Shown: positions 11,301 through 25,700 of the stretch, piece after piece
Position numbering within the stretch: position 1 is the first letter of the stretch
How the letters are laid out: the number at the start of each line of letters is the position of its first letter
Origin: Balanoglossus misakiensis
Taxonomy: Eukaryota > Animalia > Hemichordata
Direction of reading: 5' to 3'
Length of the DNA: 64,000 nucleotides
Assembly (NCBI GenBank): GCA_040954595.2
Contig: CM082591.2
Location: 9,751,309 to 9,815,308, forward strand
Position numbers and translations under genes: made by a program
Notes under the pieces: model-generated
Seen by the model: the letters and a program-made list of their open reading frames with translations, nothing else
Told to the model about the DNA's origin: nothing
The model's database searches: none

Positions 11301-14300
11301 AAATGAACTCGAGTCTAATGTAAACGTTACGAATTGATCGAAAGGCGCTCTGATGAATGTTAACACGAGTGCGCAGTGACAAGACATGCATCGTGCGTGA
11401 CAGTGACAACAGTTCCTATAGAGCAGTTAAAAAATAAACCGGCCGTCCGGAAATTTATCAGCTATATTTTTTTTTATTTAGTCACGTTTTCCCTGTTGCA
11501 TGCTATTAGTTCAGGGGCCAGTTTTAGCAGTGCTCTATTGAGTACTTTCGTATCGATGGATTGATCTCTCGTCCAATCAGAATGGCGGATGGTAGCATGA
11601 TCCGACATATTGCGTATTACAATAGGGCTTCCTCATACAGGTCAGAACGGAGAGGTCATTCCTTTTATTTTAGGACGTCTCAGCTCCTTTGTCTTTTCTG
11701 TTATAGTGTTAAATACATCAAACGGTTTTGTTTTGGCCGGTAAACACCGATGGATTAACTCTTAAGTCCATCGTGCATCCAAACGCAGTCGAGTCGGTTT
11801 GGTCATTGTTTATGCGACAGTAAATGCCAAATGTGACAGAAGCATCATATTAAATGAGATAGAATACACAAACAAACAAACATACGAATAAACAAACAGG
11901 CAAACAAACAAACAAACAAACAACCATTAGGGACTGTTCAGAATTTACTTCCAAGTTGGGGATGGAGGATTTTTTATTTTCCTGGTGATTTTTTTTCCAT
12001 GGTCTCCCCTAGTAAATTGTGGAGGAAATATGTGGTCCCTCCTTAAATTTCCTGGGGATTTTCCATGGTCCCCCTATTGTGACTTTTATGTCTAGTCTCC
12101 CCTAATTTGTCTTGGAGAAAATGGGTGGTCCCCCCCCCTCTGAAAATTCTCCGCCCCCTGGAAGTAAATTCTGAACAGTCCCTTATTAAAGCCAACAGCT
12201 AGCACCCTGGCTTCTCTGCCAGAGGAGCGATAACATCGATAAAATGCAGATACACAAGAAATGAGCACTTTATTCCACAAGTGAAGTAGTCTGTTCCCTG
12301 CCCCATTCCCACCGCTGGCTGCGCCCTTTAGCGTAGCGCCGATGGCAGTGGGAATGGGGCAGGGGACCAGACTACAAGTGAAGAACCCCAGTAACAGACG
12401 TAACGAACAAACAAACTACATGTACTAACAACAAAGCAAGAAAAGTGTCAAGCGTCGTCAAAGAAAACGAAAAAGTTCTAGCATGGTTGGTAAAAGTTAT
12501 TGGTAGAAAACGAATAGGGCCTTCTACAAATGACGTCTCAGACCCGCAAACGCCACCAGAACACAAAACACATGCACAGAACAGTTTAAGCCGGTTGTTG
12601 TATGGAGCAGCAATAATCTGCGGTTGGGCCGTCGTAGATTTTCGCTGGTGGTGAAAATAAATAAAACACGATCGATGTTCGATTTATTCCAGATCACATG
12701 CGTTTACGGCCAGGAGAGAGCATAAAAGTCTTCAAATGACCATGTGGTGACGCACTTTTTCCGATTGGCTGTATTTCAATTTGTTCGTGGTAAATTAATT
12801 TTGTGGAGGTGACCGGCACTGAAGCTCTTAGCTAGGATGAGGTGGGATGGAAAAATGCCCCATTTTAGCTGTTTTAAAATATACGACTATTTATAGACAA
12901 AAGGAAAATAAAACAAGCGCAAAAACATACCAAACCTAGTTTTATTAATTAAAAACAAAATTGCTGAGTAAAGGTTTTCATGTGGGCATTCACTTTGAAC
13001 TTGCTAAATTAATTTAAAGAGACAAAGTCGCTCTCTCTTTGTCCTTTTGCGATGATAGAATGCTTGCTTGAAGTCTCTCGTGCAATAAATGATGTCGATT
13101 CATACATGTATGGATGGTGTATAGGTGGTCGGAATTTACATTGTCTTTGCCACGACCAAACCAACAACACGTAAAATCAAAGTTTGGGTCATGAAATCGA
13201 GTTTTGTCACAGTCTGGAATTTCATGCCACCCCTTATGGTCATATTATTCTAGGTAGGCAAAAGTGACAAGTAGTCAAGTTTCAACACAGGCAACATTTT
13301 TTACAAACAAACCACAAAGAAGACATCAAAAGGGAGAGAATTATAGAATGGTCAATGTGTGAAAAGTTAAGATACGTAAAGTGGCCGGGTTCAACATTAA
13401 CTCATCGACTTCATATCGTCTTCATGCCATGGTTTTTGCCTGCCCTGAAAGTTCTTGTCGTTGCAGAAGTGGTTTTGACAGAAAGAATTTAGTCTTCCGG
13501 TATGTTTGTGATTATTTGAACACCAGACAATACAATGCAACCTTGACTTCCAAAATACTTACCGGCATTGCATTATCTTACCATGGTTAGGCCTACAGTG
13601 AACAAATTTTCAACAATATTTTCTGAGTTACCGCTGATATTTGTTTTGTAGTATGGATATTAAATTATACATCCCGATACAAAACAGAATGTTATAGAAT
13701 CCTTCCTGAGTGATATTGAAAAAATTACCGGAATGGTACCGCCTAATCTATGGTTAGGGTTATTGCTATTATTTTATATCAGTAATCGACTTTGTGTATA
13801 TCAATGTCATTTTCATAACGAAAATGAACTCGAGTCTAATGTAAACGTTACGAATTGATCGAAAGGCGCTCTGATGAATGTTAACACGAGTGCGCAGTGA
13901 CAAGACATGCATCGTGCGTGACAGTGACAACAGTTCCTATAGAGCAGTTAAAAAATAAACCGGCCGTCCGGAAATTTATCAGCTATATTTTTTTTATTTA
14001 GTCACGTTTTCCCTGTTGCATGCTATTAGTTCAGGGGCCAGTTTTAGCAGTGCTCTATTGAGTACTTTCGTATCGATGGATTGATCTCTCGTCCAATCAG
14101 AATGGCGGATGGTAGCATGATCCGACATATTGCGTATTACAATAGGGCTTCCTCATACAGGTCAGAACGGAGAGGTCATTCCTTTTATTTTATGACGTCT
14201 CAGCTCCTTTGTCTTTTCTGTTATAGTGTTAAAGAAATCAAACGGTTTTGTTTTGGCCGGTAAACACCGATGGATTAACTCTTAAGTCCATCGTGCATCC

Positions 14301-15521
14301 AAACGCAGTCGAGTCGGTTTGGTCATTGTTTATGCGACAGTAAATGCCAAATGTGACAGAAGCATCATATTAAATGAGATAGAATACACAAACAAACAAA
14401 CATACGAATAAACAAACAGGAAAACAAACAAACAAACAAACAACCATTAGGGACTGTTCAGAATTTACTTCCAAGTTGGGGATGGAGGATTTTTTATTTT
14501 CCTGGTGATTTTTTTCCATGGTCTCCCCTAGTAAATTGTGGAGGAAATATGTGGTCCCTCCTTAAATTTCCTGGGGATTTTCCATGGTCCCCCTATTGTG
14601 ACTTTTATGTCTAGTCTCCCCTAATTTGTCTTGGAGAAAATGGGTGGTCCCCCCCCCCCTCTGAATATTCTCCGCCCCCTGGAAGTAAATTCTGAACAGT
14701 CCCTTATTAAAGCCAACAGCTAGCACCCTGGCTTCTCTGCCAGAGGAGCGATAACATCGACAAAATGCAGATACACAAGAAATGAGCACTTTATTCCACA
14801 AGTGAAGTAGTCTGTTCCCTGCCCCATTCCCACCGCTGGCTGCGCCCTTTAGCGTAGCGCCGATGGCAGTGGGAATGGGGCAGGGGACCAGACTACAAGT
14901 GAAGAACCCCAGTAACAGACGTAACGAACAAACAAACTACATGTACTAACAACAAAGCAAGAAAAGTGTCAAGCGTCGTCAAAGAAAACGAAAAAGTTCT
15001 AGCATGGTTGGTAAAAGTTATTGGTAGAAAACGAATAGGGCCTTCTACAAATGACGTCTCAGACCCGCAAACGCCACCAGAACACAAAACACATGCACAG
15101 AACAGTTTAAGCTGGTTGTTGTATGGAGCAGCAATAATCTGCGGTTGGGCCGTCGTAGATTTTCGCTGGTGGTGAAAATAAATAAAACACGATCGATGTT
15201 CGATTTATTCCAGATCACATGCGTTTACGGCCAGGAGAGAGCATAAAAGTCTTCAAATGACCATGTGGTGGCGCACTTTTTCCGATTGGCTGTATTTCAA
15301 TTTGTTCGTGGTAAATTAATTTTGTGGAGGTGACCGGCACTGAAGCTCTTAGCTAGGATGAGGTGGGATGGAAAAATGCCCCATTTTAGCTGTTTTAAAA
15401 TATACGACTATTTATAGACAAAAGGAAAATAAAACAAGCGCAAAAACATACCAAACCTAGTTTTATTAATTAAAAACAAAATTGCTGAGTAAAGGTTTTC
15501 ATGTGGGCATTCACTTTGTAC

Positions 15522-16704
15522 CACGGGCGTCATGGAACAATAAAGTGTATAGATATTAATAAACTTATCATAAACGCGACGTCCTCAATGAACAAAGAAT
15601 AAAATATTTCATGGGTTTGTTTGGTGTGGACGCGAAATGCACTAAAGCTAGGTCAGTGTTAACTTTATGTGCAAAACCACACCGTACGCGTACCTCTATA
15701 GGGGATAGGCACCGTGTGTATACGATCTCGTCTTGAGCAGTAAAGGCGATGTCTACGCATGCGTGCGCGCCCGCAACTGATCTGTGTACGTGAGTACACA
15801 TATATACAGGGTATGAAACGAATTTTCAGCCCACCACCAATTGGCAACTATTACGAAGAGAATCGCTACCAAACCAGAGTATTTGTTTTAGATTAGATAG
15901 AAACCTAATGTCTGGCTTTTCAATTTTCAAAAGTCGGTCGAACATTCGAGATATTATCGATCGAAAAGTGTCACTCGTCCTGGGGACGTGCGTTACCGAC
16001 GCAAATTTCTCTCTGAAAGGTATACATAGGACATACTGTTTCATGAAAAAAAATCATAGCAAATATAACAGTGATGCACATGAACAACGTCCACCATGAC
16101 TGGGAGGAGCTGAACTGAGCTCACGCATAGTTTCATACACATGATATAAAACCCGGCGATCGAACACGGCACTTCCGGTCACCAGATTCGCAATGGTTTT
16201 GTATACGGATTTGTTGTATTTTTCACGTTTTCCGTTTTTTATTCATGAATAATCCAACACTTTTCAAGACACATTCTAAGCAAAAATGAAAATTATTGAC
16301 TACACTTCGATGGCACTCTGCTCCGTAGAACAAAGTGTCCCCCCTGTCCCCCCTTTTTAGTAACGCACGTCCCTAGACTCCATGTGAGCGATTGCATACC
16401 CTTCCTTACATACACTGTATACGAGCGCGTCTGTCCTGGCTAGCAACGGAGTCGTACGATCGTCTGCCGCGCGCGCTGGGCCCGGCGCGTGCGCGCGTGC
16501 GGTTGTAGATTGCTCCAACACTTCCGCGTTCGGCGCGTTCGGCGGCGCTAGTGCGTTCGCTCGCATATTTTGCGAGTCCAGCTGTAGCTAGGCCGTTCGT
16601 GAGTGTAGTTCTCGTTCACATAAAAAAAAGGAAATAATTTATTGTGTATTCGTTTAGACCTATGCTAAATTATCCATACACTTTATTGTTCCATGACGCC
16701 CGTG
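15522..16704. mobile_element. 1183-bp non-autonomous TIR element (CAC...GTG, 7-bp direct repeat) inserted in one unit
   Basis: 29-bp perfect TIR CACGGGCGTCATGGAACAATAAAGTGTAT. Flanks are TTTGTAC (15515-21) and TTTGAAC (16705-11), and the empty site TTTGAAC is seen in the other units. CpG-rich interior, no transposase ORF. Confidence 0.93.
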
Positions 16705-19700
16705 TTTGAACTTGCTAAATTAATTTAAAGAGACAAAGTCGCTCTCTCTTTGTCCTTTTGCGATGATAGAATGCTTGCTTGAAGTCTCTCGTGCAATAAA
16801 TGATGTCGATTCATACATGTATGGATGGTGTATAGGTGGTCGGAATTTACATGTCTTTGCCACGACCAAACCAACAACACGTAAAATCAAAGTTTGGGTC
16901 ATGAAATCGAGTTTTGTTACAGTCTAGAATTTCATGCCACCCCTTATGGTCATATTATTCTTGGTAGGCAAAAGTGACAAGTAGTCAAGTTTCAACACAG
17001 GCAACATTTTTTACAAACAAACCACAAAGAAGACATCAAAAGGGAGAGAATTATAGAATGGTCAATGTGTGAAAAGTTAAGATACGTAAAGTGGCCGGGT
17101 TCAACATTAACTCATCGACTTCATATCGTCTTCATGCCATGGTTTTTGCCTGCCCTGAAAGTTCTTGTCGTTGCAGAAGTGGTTTTGACAGAAAGAATTT
17201 AGTCTTCCGGGATGTTTGTGATTATTTGAACACCAGACAATACAATGCAACCTTGACTTCCAAAATACTTACCGGCATTGCATTATCTTACCATGGTTAG
17301 GCCTACAGTGAACACATTTTCAACAATATTTTCTGAGTTACCGCTGATATTTGTTTTGTAGTATGGATATTAAATTATACATCCCGATACAAAACAGAAT
17401 GTTATAGAATCCTTCCTGAGTGATATTGAAAAAATTACCGGAATGCTACCGCCTAATCTATGGTTAGGGTTATTGCTATTATTTTATATCAGTAATCGAC
17501 TTTGTGTATATCAATGTCATTTTAATAACGAAAATGAACTCGAGTCTAATGTAAACGTTACGAATTGATCGAAAGGCGCTCTGATGAATGTTAACACGAG
17601 TGCGCAGTGACAAGACATGCATCGTGCGTGACAGTGACAACAGTTCCTATAGAGCAGTTAAAAAATAAACCGGCCGTCCGTAAATTTATCAGCTATATTT
17701 TTTTTATTTAGTCACGTTTTCCCTGTTGCATGCTATTAGTTCAGGGGCCAGTTTTAGCAGTGCTCTATTGAGTACTTTCGTATCGATGGATTGATCTCTC
17801 GTCCAATCAGAATGGCGGATGGTAGCATGATCCGACATATTGCGTATTACAATAGGGCTTCCTCATACAGGTCAGAACGGAGAGGTCATTCCTTTTATTT
17901 TAGGACGTCTCAGCTCCTTTGTCTTTTCTGTTATAGTGTTAAAGAAATCAAACGGTTTTGTTTTGGCCGGTAAACACCGATGGATTAAATCTTAAGTCCA
18001 TCGTGCATCCAAACGCAGTCGAGTCGGTTTGGTCATTGTTTATGCGACAGTAAATGCCAAATGTGACAGAAGCATCATATTAAATGAGATAGAATACACA
18101 AACAGACAAACATACGAATAAACAAACAGGCAAACAAACAAACAAACAACCATTAGGGACTGTTCAGAATTTACTTCCAAGTTGGGGATGGAGGAATTTT
18201 TATTTTCCTGGTGATTTTTTTCCATGGTCTCCCCTAGTAAATTGTGGAGGAAATATGTGGTCCCTCCTTAAATTTCCTGGGGATTTTCCATGGTCCCCCT
18301 ATTGTGACTTTTATGTCTAGTCTCCCCTAATTTGTCTTGGAGAAAATGGGTGGTCCCCCCCCCCCTCTGAAAATTCTCCGCCCCCTGGAAGTAAATTCTG
18401 AACAGTCCCTTATTAAAGCCAACAGCTAGCACCCTGGCTTCTCTGCCAGAGGAGAGATAACATCGACAAAATGCAGATACACAAGAAATGGGCACTTTAT
18501 TCCACAAGTGAAGTAGTCTGTTCCCTGCCCCATTCCCACCGCTGGCTGCGCCCTTTAGCGTAGCGCCGATGGCGGTGGGAATGGGGCAGGAGACCAGACT
18601 ACAAGTGAAGAACCCCAGTAACAGACGTAACGAACAAACAAACTACATGTACTAACAACAAAGCAAGAAAAGTGTCAAGCGTCGTCAAAGAAAACGAAAA
18701 AGTTCTAGCATGGTTGGTAAAAGTTATTGGTAGAAAACGAATAGGGCCTTCTACAAATGACGTCTCAGACCCGCAAACGCCACCAGAACACAAAACACAT
18801 GCACAGAATAGTTTAAGCCGGTTGTTGTATGGAGCAGCAATAATCTGCGGTTGGGCCGTCGTAGATTTTCGCTGGTGGTGAAAATAAATAAAACACGATC
18901 GATGTTCGATTTATTCCAGATCACATGCGTTTACGGCCAGGAGAGAGCATAAAAGTCTTCAAATGACCATGTGGTGGCGCACTTTTTCCGATTGGCTGTA
19001 TTTCAATTTGTTCGTGGTAAATTAATTTTGTGGAGGTGATCGGCACTGAAGCTCTTAGCTAGGATGAGGTGGGATGGAAAAATGCCCCATTTTAGCTGTT
19101 TTAAAATATACGACTATTTATAGACAAAAGGAAAATAAAACAAGCGCAAAAACATACCAAACCTAGTTTTATTAATTAAAAACAAAATTGCTGAGTAAAG
19201 GTTTTCATGTGGGCATTCACTTTGAACTTGCTAAATTAATTTAAAGAGACAAAGTCGCTCTCTCTTTGTCCTTTTGCGATGATAGAATGCTTGCTTGAAG
19301 TCTCTCGTGCAATAAATGATGTCGATTCATACATGTATGGATGGTGTATAGGTGGTCGGAATTTACATGTCTTTGCCACGACCAAACCAACAACACGTAA
19401 AATCAAAGTTTGGGTCATGAAATCGAGTTTTGTTACAGTCTAGAATTTCATGCCACCCCTTATGGTCATATTATTCTTGGTAGGCAAAAGTGACAAGTAG
19501 TCAAGTTTCAACACAGGCAACATTTTTTACAAACAAACCACAAAGAAGACATCAAAAGGGAGAGAATTATAGAATGGTCAATGTGTGAAAAGTTAAGATA
19601 CGTAAAGTGGCCGGGTTCAACATTAACTCATCGACTTCATATCGTCTTCATGCCATGGTTTTTGCCTGCCTTGAAAGTTCTTGTCGTTGCAGAAGTGGTT

Positions 19701-22700
19701 TTGACAGAAAGAATTTAGTCTTCCGGGATGTTTGTGATTATTTGAACACCAGACAATACAATGCAACCTTGACTTCCAAAATACTTACCGGCATTGCATT
19801 ATCTTACCATGGTTAGGCCTACAGTGAACAAATGTTCAACAATATTTTCTGAGTTACCGCTGATATTTGTTTTGTAGTATGGATATTAAATTATACATCC
19901 CGATACAAAACAGAATGTTATAGAATCCTTCCTGAGTGATATTGAAAAAATTACCGGAATGCTACCGCCTAATCTATGGTTAGGGTTATTGCTATTATTT
20001 TATATCAGTAATCGACTTTGTGTATATCAATGTCATTTTCATAACGAAAATGAACTCGAGTCTAATGTAAACGTTACGAATTGATCGAAAGGCGCTCTGA
20101 TGAATGTTAACACGAGTGCGCAGTGACAAGACATGCATCGTGCGTGACAGTGACAACAGTTCCTATAGAGCAGTTAAAAAATAAACCGGCCGTCCGTAAA
20201 TTTATCAGCTATATTTTTTTTTATTTAGTCACGTTTTCCCTGTTGCATGCTATTAGTTCAGGGGCCAGTTTTAGCAGTGCTCTATTGAGTACTTTTGTAT
20301 CGATGGATTGATCTCTCGTCCAATCAGAATGGCGGATGGTAGCATGATCCGACATATTGCGTATTACAATAGGGCTTCCTCATACAGGTCAGAACGGAGA
20401 GGTCATTCCTTTTATTTTAGGACGTCTCAGCTCCTTTGTCTTTTCTGTTATAGTGTTAAAGAAATCAAACGGTTTTGTTTTGGCCGGTAAACACCGATGG
20501 ATTAACTCTTAAGTCCATCGTGCATCCAAACGCAGTCGAGTCGGTTTGGTCATTGTTTATGCGACAGTAAATGCCAAATGTGACAGAAGCATCATATTAA
20601 ATGAGATAGAATACACAAACAAACAAACATACGAATAAACAAACAGGCAAACAAACAAACAAACAACCATTAGGGACTGTTCAGAATTTACTTCCAAGTT
20701 GGGGATGGAGGATTTTTTATTTTCCTGGTGATTTTTTTCCATGGTCTCCCCTAGTAAATTGTGGAGGAAATATGTGGTCCCTCTTTAAATTTCCTGGGGA
20801 TTTTCCATGGTCCCCCTATTGTGACTTTTATGTCTAGTCTCCCCTAATTTGTCTTGGAGAAAATGGGTGGTCCCCCCCTCTGAAAATTCTCCGCCCCCTG
20901 GAAGTATATTCTGAACAGTCCCTTATTAAAGCCAACAGCTAGCACCCTGGCTTCTCTGCCAGAGGAGCGATAACATCGACAAAATGCAGATACACAAGAA
21001 ATGAGCACTTTATTCCACAAGTGAAGTAGTCTGTTCCCTGCCCCATTCCCACCGCTGGCTGCGCCCTTTAGCGTAGCGCCGATGGCAGTGGGAATGGGGC
21101 AGGGGACCAGACTACAAGTGAAGAACCCCAGTAACAGACGTAACGAACAAACAAACTACATGTACTAACAACAAAGCAAGAAAAGTGTCAAGCGTCGTCA
21201 AAGAAAACGAAAAAGTTCTAGCATGGTTGGTAAAAGTTATTGGTAGAAAACGAATAGGGCCTTCTACAAATGACGTCTCAGACCCGCAAACGCCACCAGA
21301 ACACAAAACACATGCACAGAACAGTTTAAGCCGGTTGTTGTATGGAGCAGCAATAATCTGCGGTTGGGCCGTCGTAGATTTTCGCTGGTGGTGAAAATAA
21401 ATAAAACACGATCGATGTTCGATTTATTCCAGATCACATGCGTTTACGGCCAGGAGAGAGCATAAAAGTCTTCAAATGACCATGTGGTGGCGCACTTTTT
21501 CCGATTGGCTGTATTTCAATTTGTTCATGGTAAATTAATTTTGTGGAGGTGACCGGCACTGAAGCTCTTAGCTAGGATGAGGTGGGATGGAAAAATGCCC
21601 CATTTTAGCTGTTTTAAAATATACGACTATTTATAGACAAAAGGAAAATAAAACAAGCGCAAAAACATACCAAACCTAGTTTTATTAATTAAAAACAAAA
21701 TTGCTGAGTAAAGGTTTTCATGTTGGCATTCACTTTGAACTTGCTAAATTAATTTAAAGAGACAAAGTCGCTCTCTCTTTGTCCTTTTGCGATGATAGAA
21801 TGCTTGCTTGAAGTCTCTCGTGCAATAAAACATGTCGATTCATACATGTATGGATGGTGTATAGGTGGTCGGAATTTACATGTCTTTGCCACGACCAAAC
21901 CAACAACACGTAAAATCAAAGTTTGGGTCATGAAATCGAGTTTTGTTACAGTCTAGAATTTCATGCCACCCCTTATGGTCATATTATTCTGGTAGGCAAA
22001 AGTGACAAGTAGTCAAGTTTCAACACAGGCAACATTTTTTACAAACAAACCACAAAGAAGACATCAAAAGGGAGAGAATTATAGAATGGTCAATGTGTGA
22101 AAAGTTAAGATACGTAAAGTGGCCGGGTTCAACATTAACTCATCGACTTCATATCGTCTTCATGCCATGGTTTTTGCCTGCCCTGAAAGTTCTTGTCGTT
22201 GCAGAAGTGGTTTTGACAGAAAGAATTTAGTCTTCCGGTATGTTTGTGATTATTTGAACACCAGACAATACAATGCAACCTTGACTTCCAAAATACTTAC
22301 CGGCATTGCATTATCTTACCATGGTTAGGCCTACAGTGAACAAATTTTCAACAATATTTTCTGAGTTACCGCTGATATTTGTTTTGTAGTATGGATATTA
22401 AATTATACATCCCGATACAAAGCAGAATGTTATAGACTCCTTCCTGAGTGATATTGAAAAAATTACCGGAATGCTACCGCCTAATCTATGGTTAGGGTTA
22501 TTGCTATTATTTTATATCAGTAATCGACTTTGTGTATATCAATGTCATTTTCATAACGAAAATGAACTCGAGTCTAATGTAAACGTTACGAATTGATCGA
22601 AAGGCGCTCTGATGAATGTTAACACGAGTGCGCAGTGACAAGACATGCATCGTGCATGACAGTGACAACAGTTCCTATAGAGCAGTTAAAAAATAAACCG

Positions 22701-25700
22701 GCCGTCCGTAAATTTATCAGCTATATTTTTTTTTATTTAGTCACGTTTTCCCTGTTGCATGCTATTAGTTCAGGGGCCAGTTTTAGCAGTGCTCTATTGA
22801 GTACTTTCGTATCGATGGATTGATCTCTCGTCCAATCAGAATGGCGGATGGTAGCATGATCCGACATATTGCGTATTACAATAGGGCTTCCTCATACAGG
22901 TCAGAACGGAGAGGTCATTCCTTTTATTTTAGGACGTCTCAGCTCCTTTGTCTTTTCTGTTATAGTGTTAAAGAAATCAAACGGTTTTGTTTTGGCCGGT
23001 AAACACCGATGGATTAACTCTTTAGTCCATCGTGCATCCAAACGCAGTCGAGTCGGTTTGGTCATTGTTTATGCGACAGTAAATGCCAAATGTGACAGAA
23101 GCATCATATTAAATGAGATAGAATACACAAACAAACAAACATACGAATAAACAAACAGGCAAACAAACAAACAAACAACCATTAGGGACTGTTCAGAATT
23201 TACTTCCAAGTTGGGGATGGAGGATTTTTTATTTTCCTGGTGATTTTTTTCTATGGTCTCCCCTAGTAAATTGTGGAGGAAATATGTGGACCCTCCTTAA
23301 ATTTCCTGGGGATTTTCCATGGTCCCCCTATTGTGACTTTTATGTCTAGTCTCCCCTAATTTGTCTTGGAGAAAATGGGTGGTCCCCCCCCCTCCCTCTG
23401 AAAATTCTCCGCCCCCTGGAAGTAAATTCTGAACAGTCCCTTATTAAAGCCAACAGCTAGCACCCTGGCTTCTCTGCCAGAGGAGCGATAACATCGACAA
23501 AATGCAGATACACAAGAAATGAGCACTTTATTCCACTAGTGAAGTAGTCTGTTCCCTGCCCCATTCCCACCGCTGGCTGCGCCCTTTAGCGTAGCGCCGA
23601 TGGCAGTGGGAATGGGGCAGGGGACCAGACTACAAGTGAAGAACCCCAGTAACAGACGTAACGAACAAACAAACTACATGTACTAACAACAAAGCAAGAA
23701 AAGTGTCAAGCGTCGTCAAAGAAAACGAAAAAGTTCTAGCATGGTTGGTAAAAGTTATTGGTAGAAAACGAATAGGGCCTTCTACAAATGACGTCTCAGA
23801 CCCGCAAACGCCACCAGAACACAAAACACATGCACAGAACAGTTTAAGCCGGTTGTTGTATGGAGCAGCAATAATCTGCGGTTGGGCCGTCGTAGATTTT
23901 CGCTGGTGGTGAAAATAAATAAAACACGATCGATGTTCGATTTATTCCAGATCACATGCGTTTACGGCCAGGAGAGAGCATAAAAGTCTTCAAATGACCA
24001 TGTGGTGGCGCACTTTTTCCGATTGGCTGTATTTCAATTTGTTCGTGGTAAATTAATTTTGTGGAGGTGACCGGCACTGAAGCTCTTAGCTAGGATGAGG
24101 TGGGATGGAAAAATGCCCCATTTTAGCTGTTTTAAAATATACGACTATTTATAGACAAAAGGAAAATAAAACAAGCGCAAAAACATACCAAACCTAGTTT
24201 TATTAATTAAAAACAAAATTGCTGAGTAAAGGTTTTCATGTGGGCATTCACTTTGAACTTGCTAAATTAATTTAAAGAGACAAAGTCGCTCTCTCTTTGT
24301 CCTTTTGCGATGATAGAATGCTTGCTTGAAGTCTCTCGTGCAATAAATGATGTCGATTCATACATGTATGGATGGTGTATAGGTGGTCGGAATTTACATG
24401 TCTTTGCCACGACCAAACCAACAACACGTAAAATCAAAGTTTGGGTCATGAAATCGAGTTTTGTTACAGTCTAGAATTTCATGCCACCCCTTATGGTCAT
24501 ATTATTCTTGGTAGGCAAAAGTGACAAGTAGTCAAGTTTCAACACAGGCAACATTTTTTACAAACAAACCACAAAGAAGACATCAAAAGGGAGAGAATTA
24601 TAGAATGGTCAATGTGTGAAAAGTTAAGATACGTAAAGTGGCCGGGTTCAACATTAACTCATCGACTTCATATCGTCTTCATGCCATGGTTTTTGCCTGC
24701 CTTGAAAGTTCTTGTCGTTGCAGAAGTGGTTTTGACAGAAAGAATTTAGTCTTCCGGGATGTTTGTGATTATTTGAACACCAGACAATACAATGCAACCT
24801 TGACTTCCAAAATACTTACCGGCATTGCATTATCTTACCATGGTTAGGCCTACAGTGAACAAATTTTCAACAATATTTTCTGAGTTACCGCTGATATTTG
24901 TTTTGTAGTATGGATATTAAATTATACATCCCGATACAAAACAGAATGTTATAGAATCCTTCCTGAGTGATAGTGAAAAAATTACCGGAATGCTACCGCC
25001 TAATCTATGGTTAGGGTTATTGCTATTATTTTATATCAGTAATCGACTTTGTGTATATCAATGTCATTTTCATAACGAAAATGAACTCGAGTCTAATGTA
25101 AACGTTACGAATTGATCGAAAGGCGCTCTGATGAATGTTAACACGAGTGCGCAGTGACAAGACATGCATCGTGCGTGACAGTGACAACAGTTCCTATAGA
25201 GCAGTTAAAAAATAAACCGGCCGTCCGTAAATTTATCAGCTATATTTTTTTTTATTTAGTCACGTTTTCCCTGTTGCATGCTATTAGTTCAGGGGCCAGT
25301 TTTAGCAGTGCTCTATTGAGTACTTTTGTATCGATGGATTGATCTCTCGTCCAATCAGAATGGCGGATGGTAGCATGATCCGACATATTGCGTATTACAA
25401 TAGGGCTTCCTCATACAGGTCAGAACGGAGAGGTCATTCCTTTTATTTTAGGACGTCTCAGCTCCTTTGTCTTTTCTGTTATAGTGTTAAAGAAATCAAA
25501 CGGTTTTGTTTTGGCCGGTAAACACCGATGGATTAACTCTTAAGTCCATCGTGCATCCAAACGCAGTCGAGTCGGTTTGGTCATTGTTTATGCGACAGTA
25601 AATGCCAAATGTGACAGAAGCATCATATTAAATGAGATAGAATACACAAACAAACAAACATACGAATAAACAAACAGGCAAACAAACAAACAAACAACCA

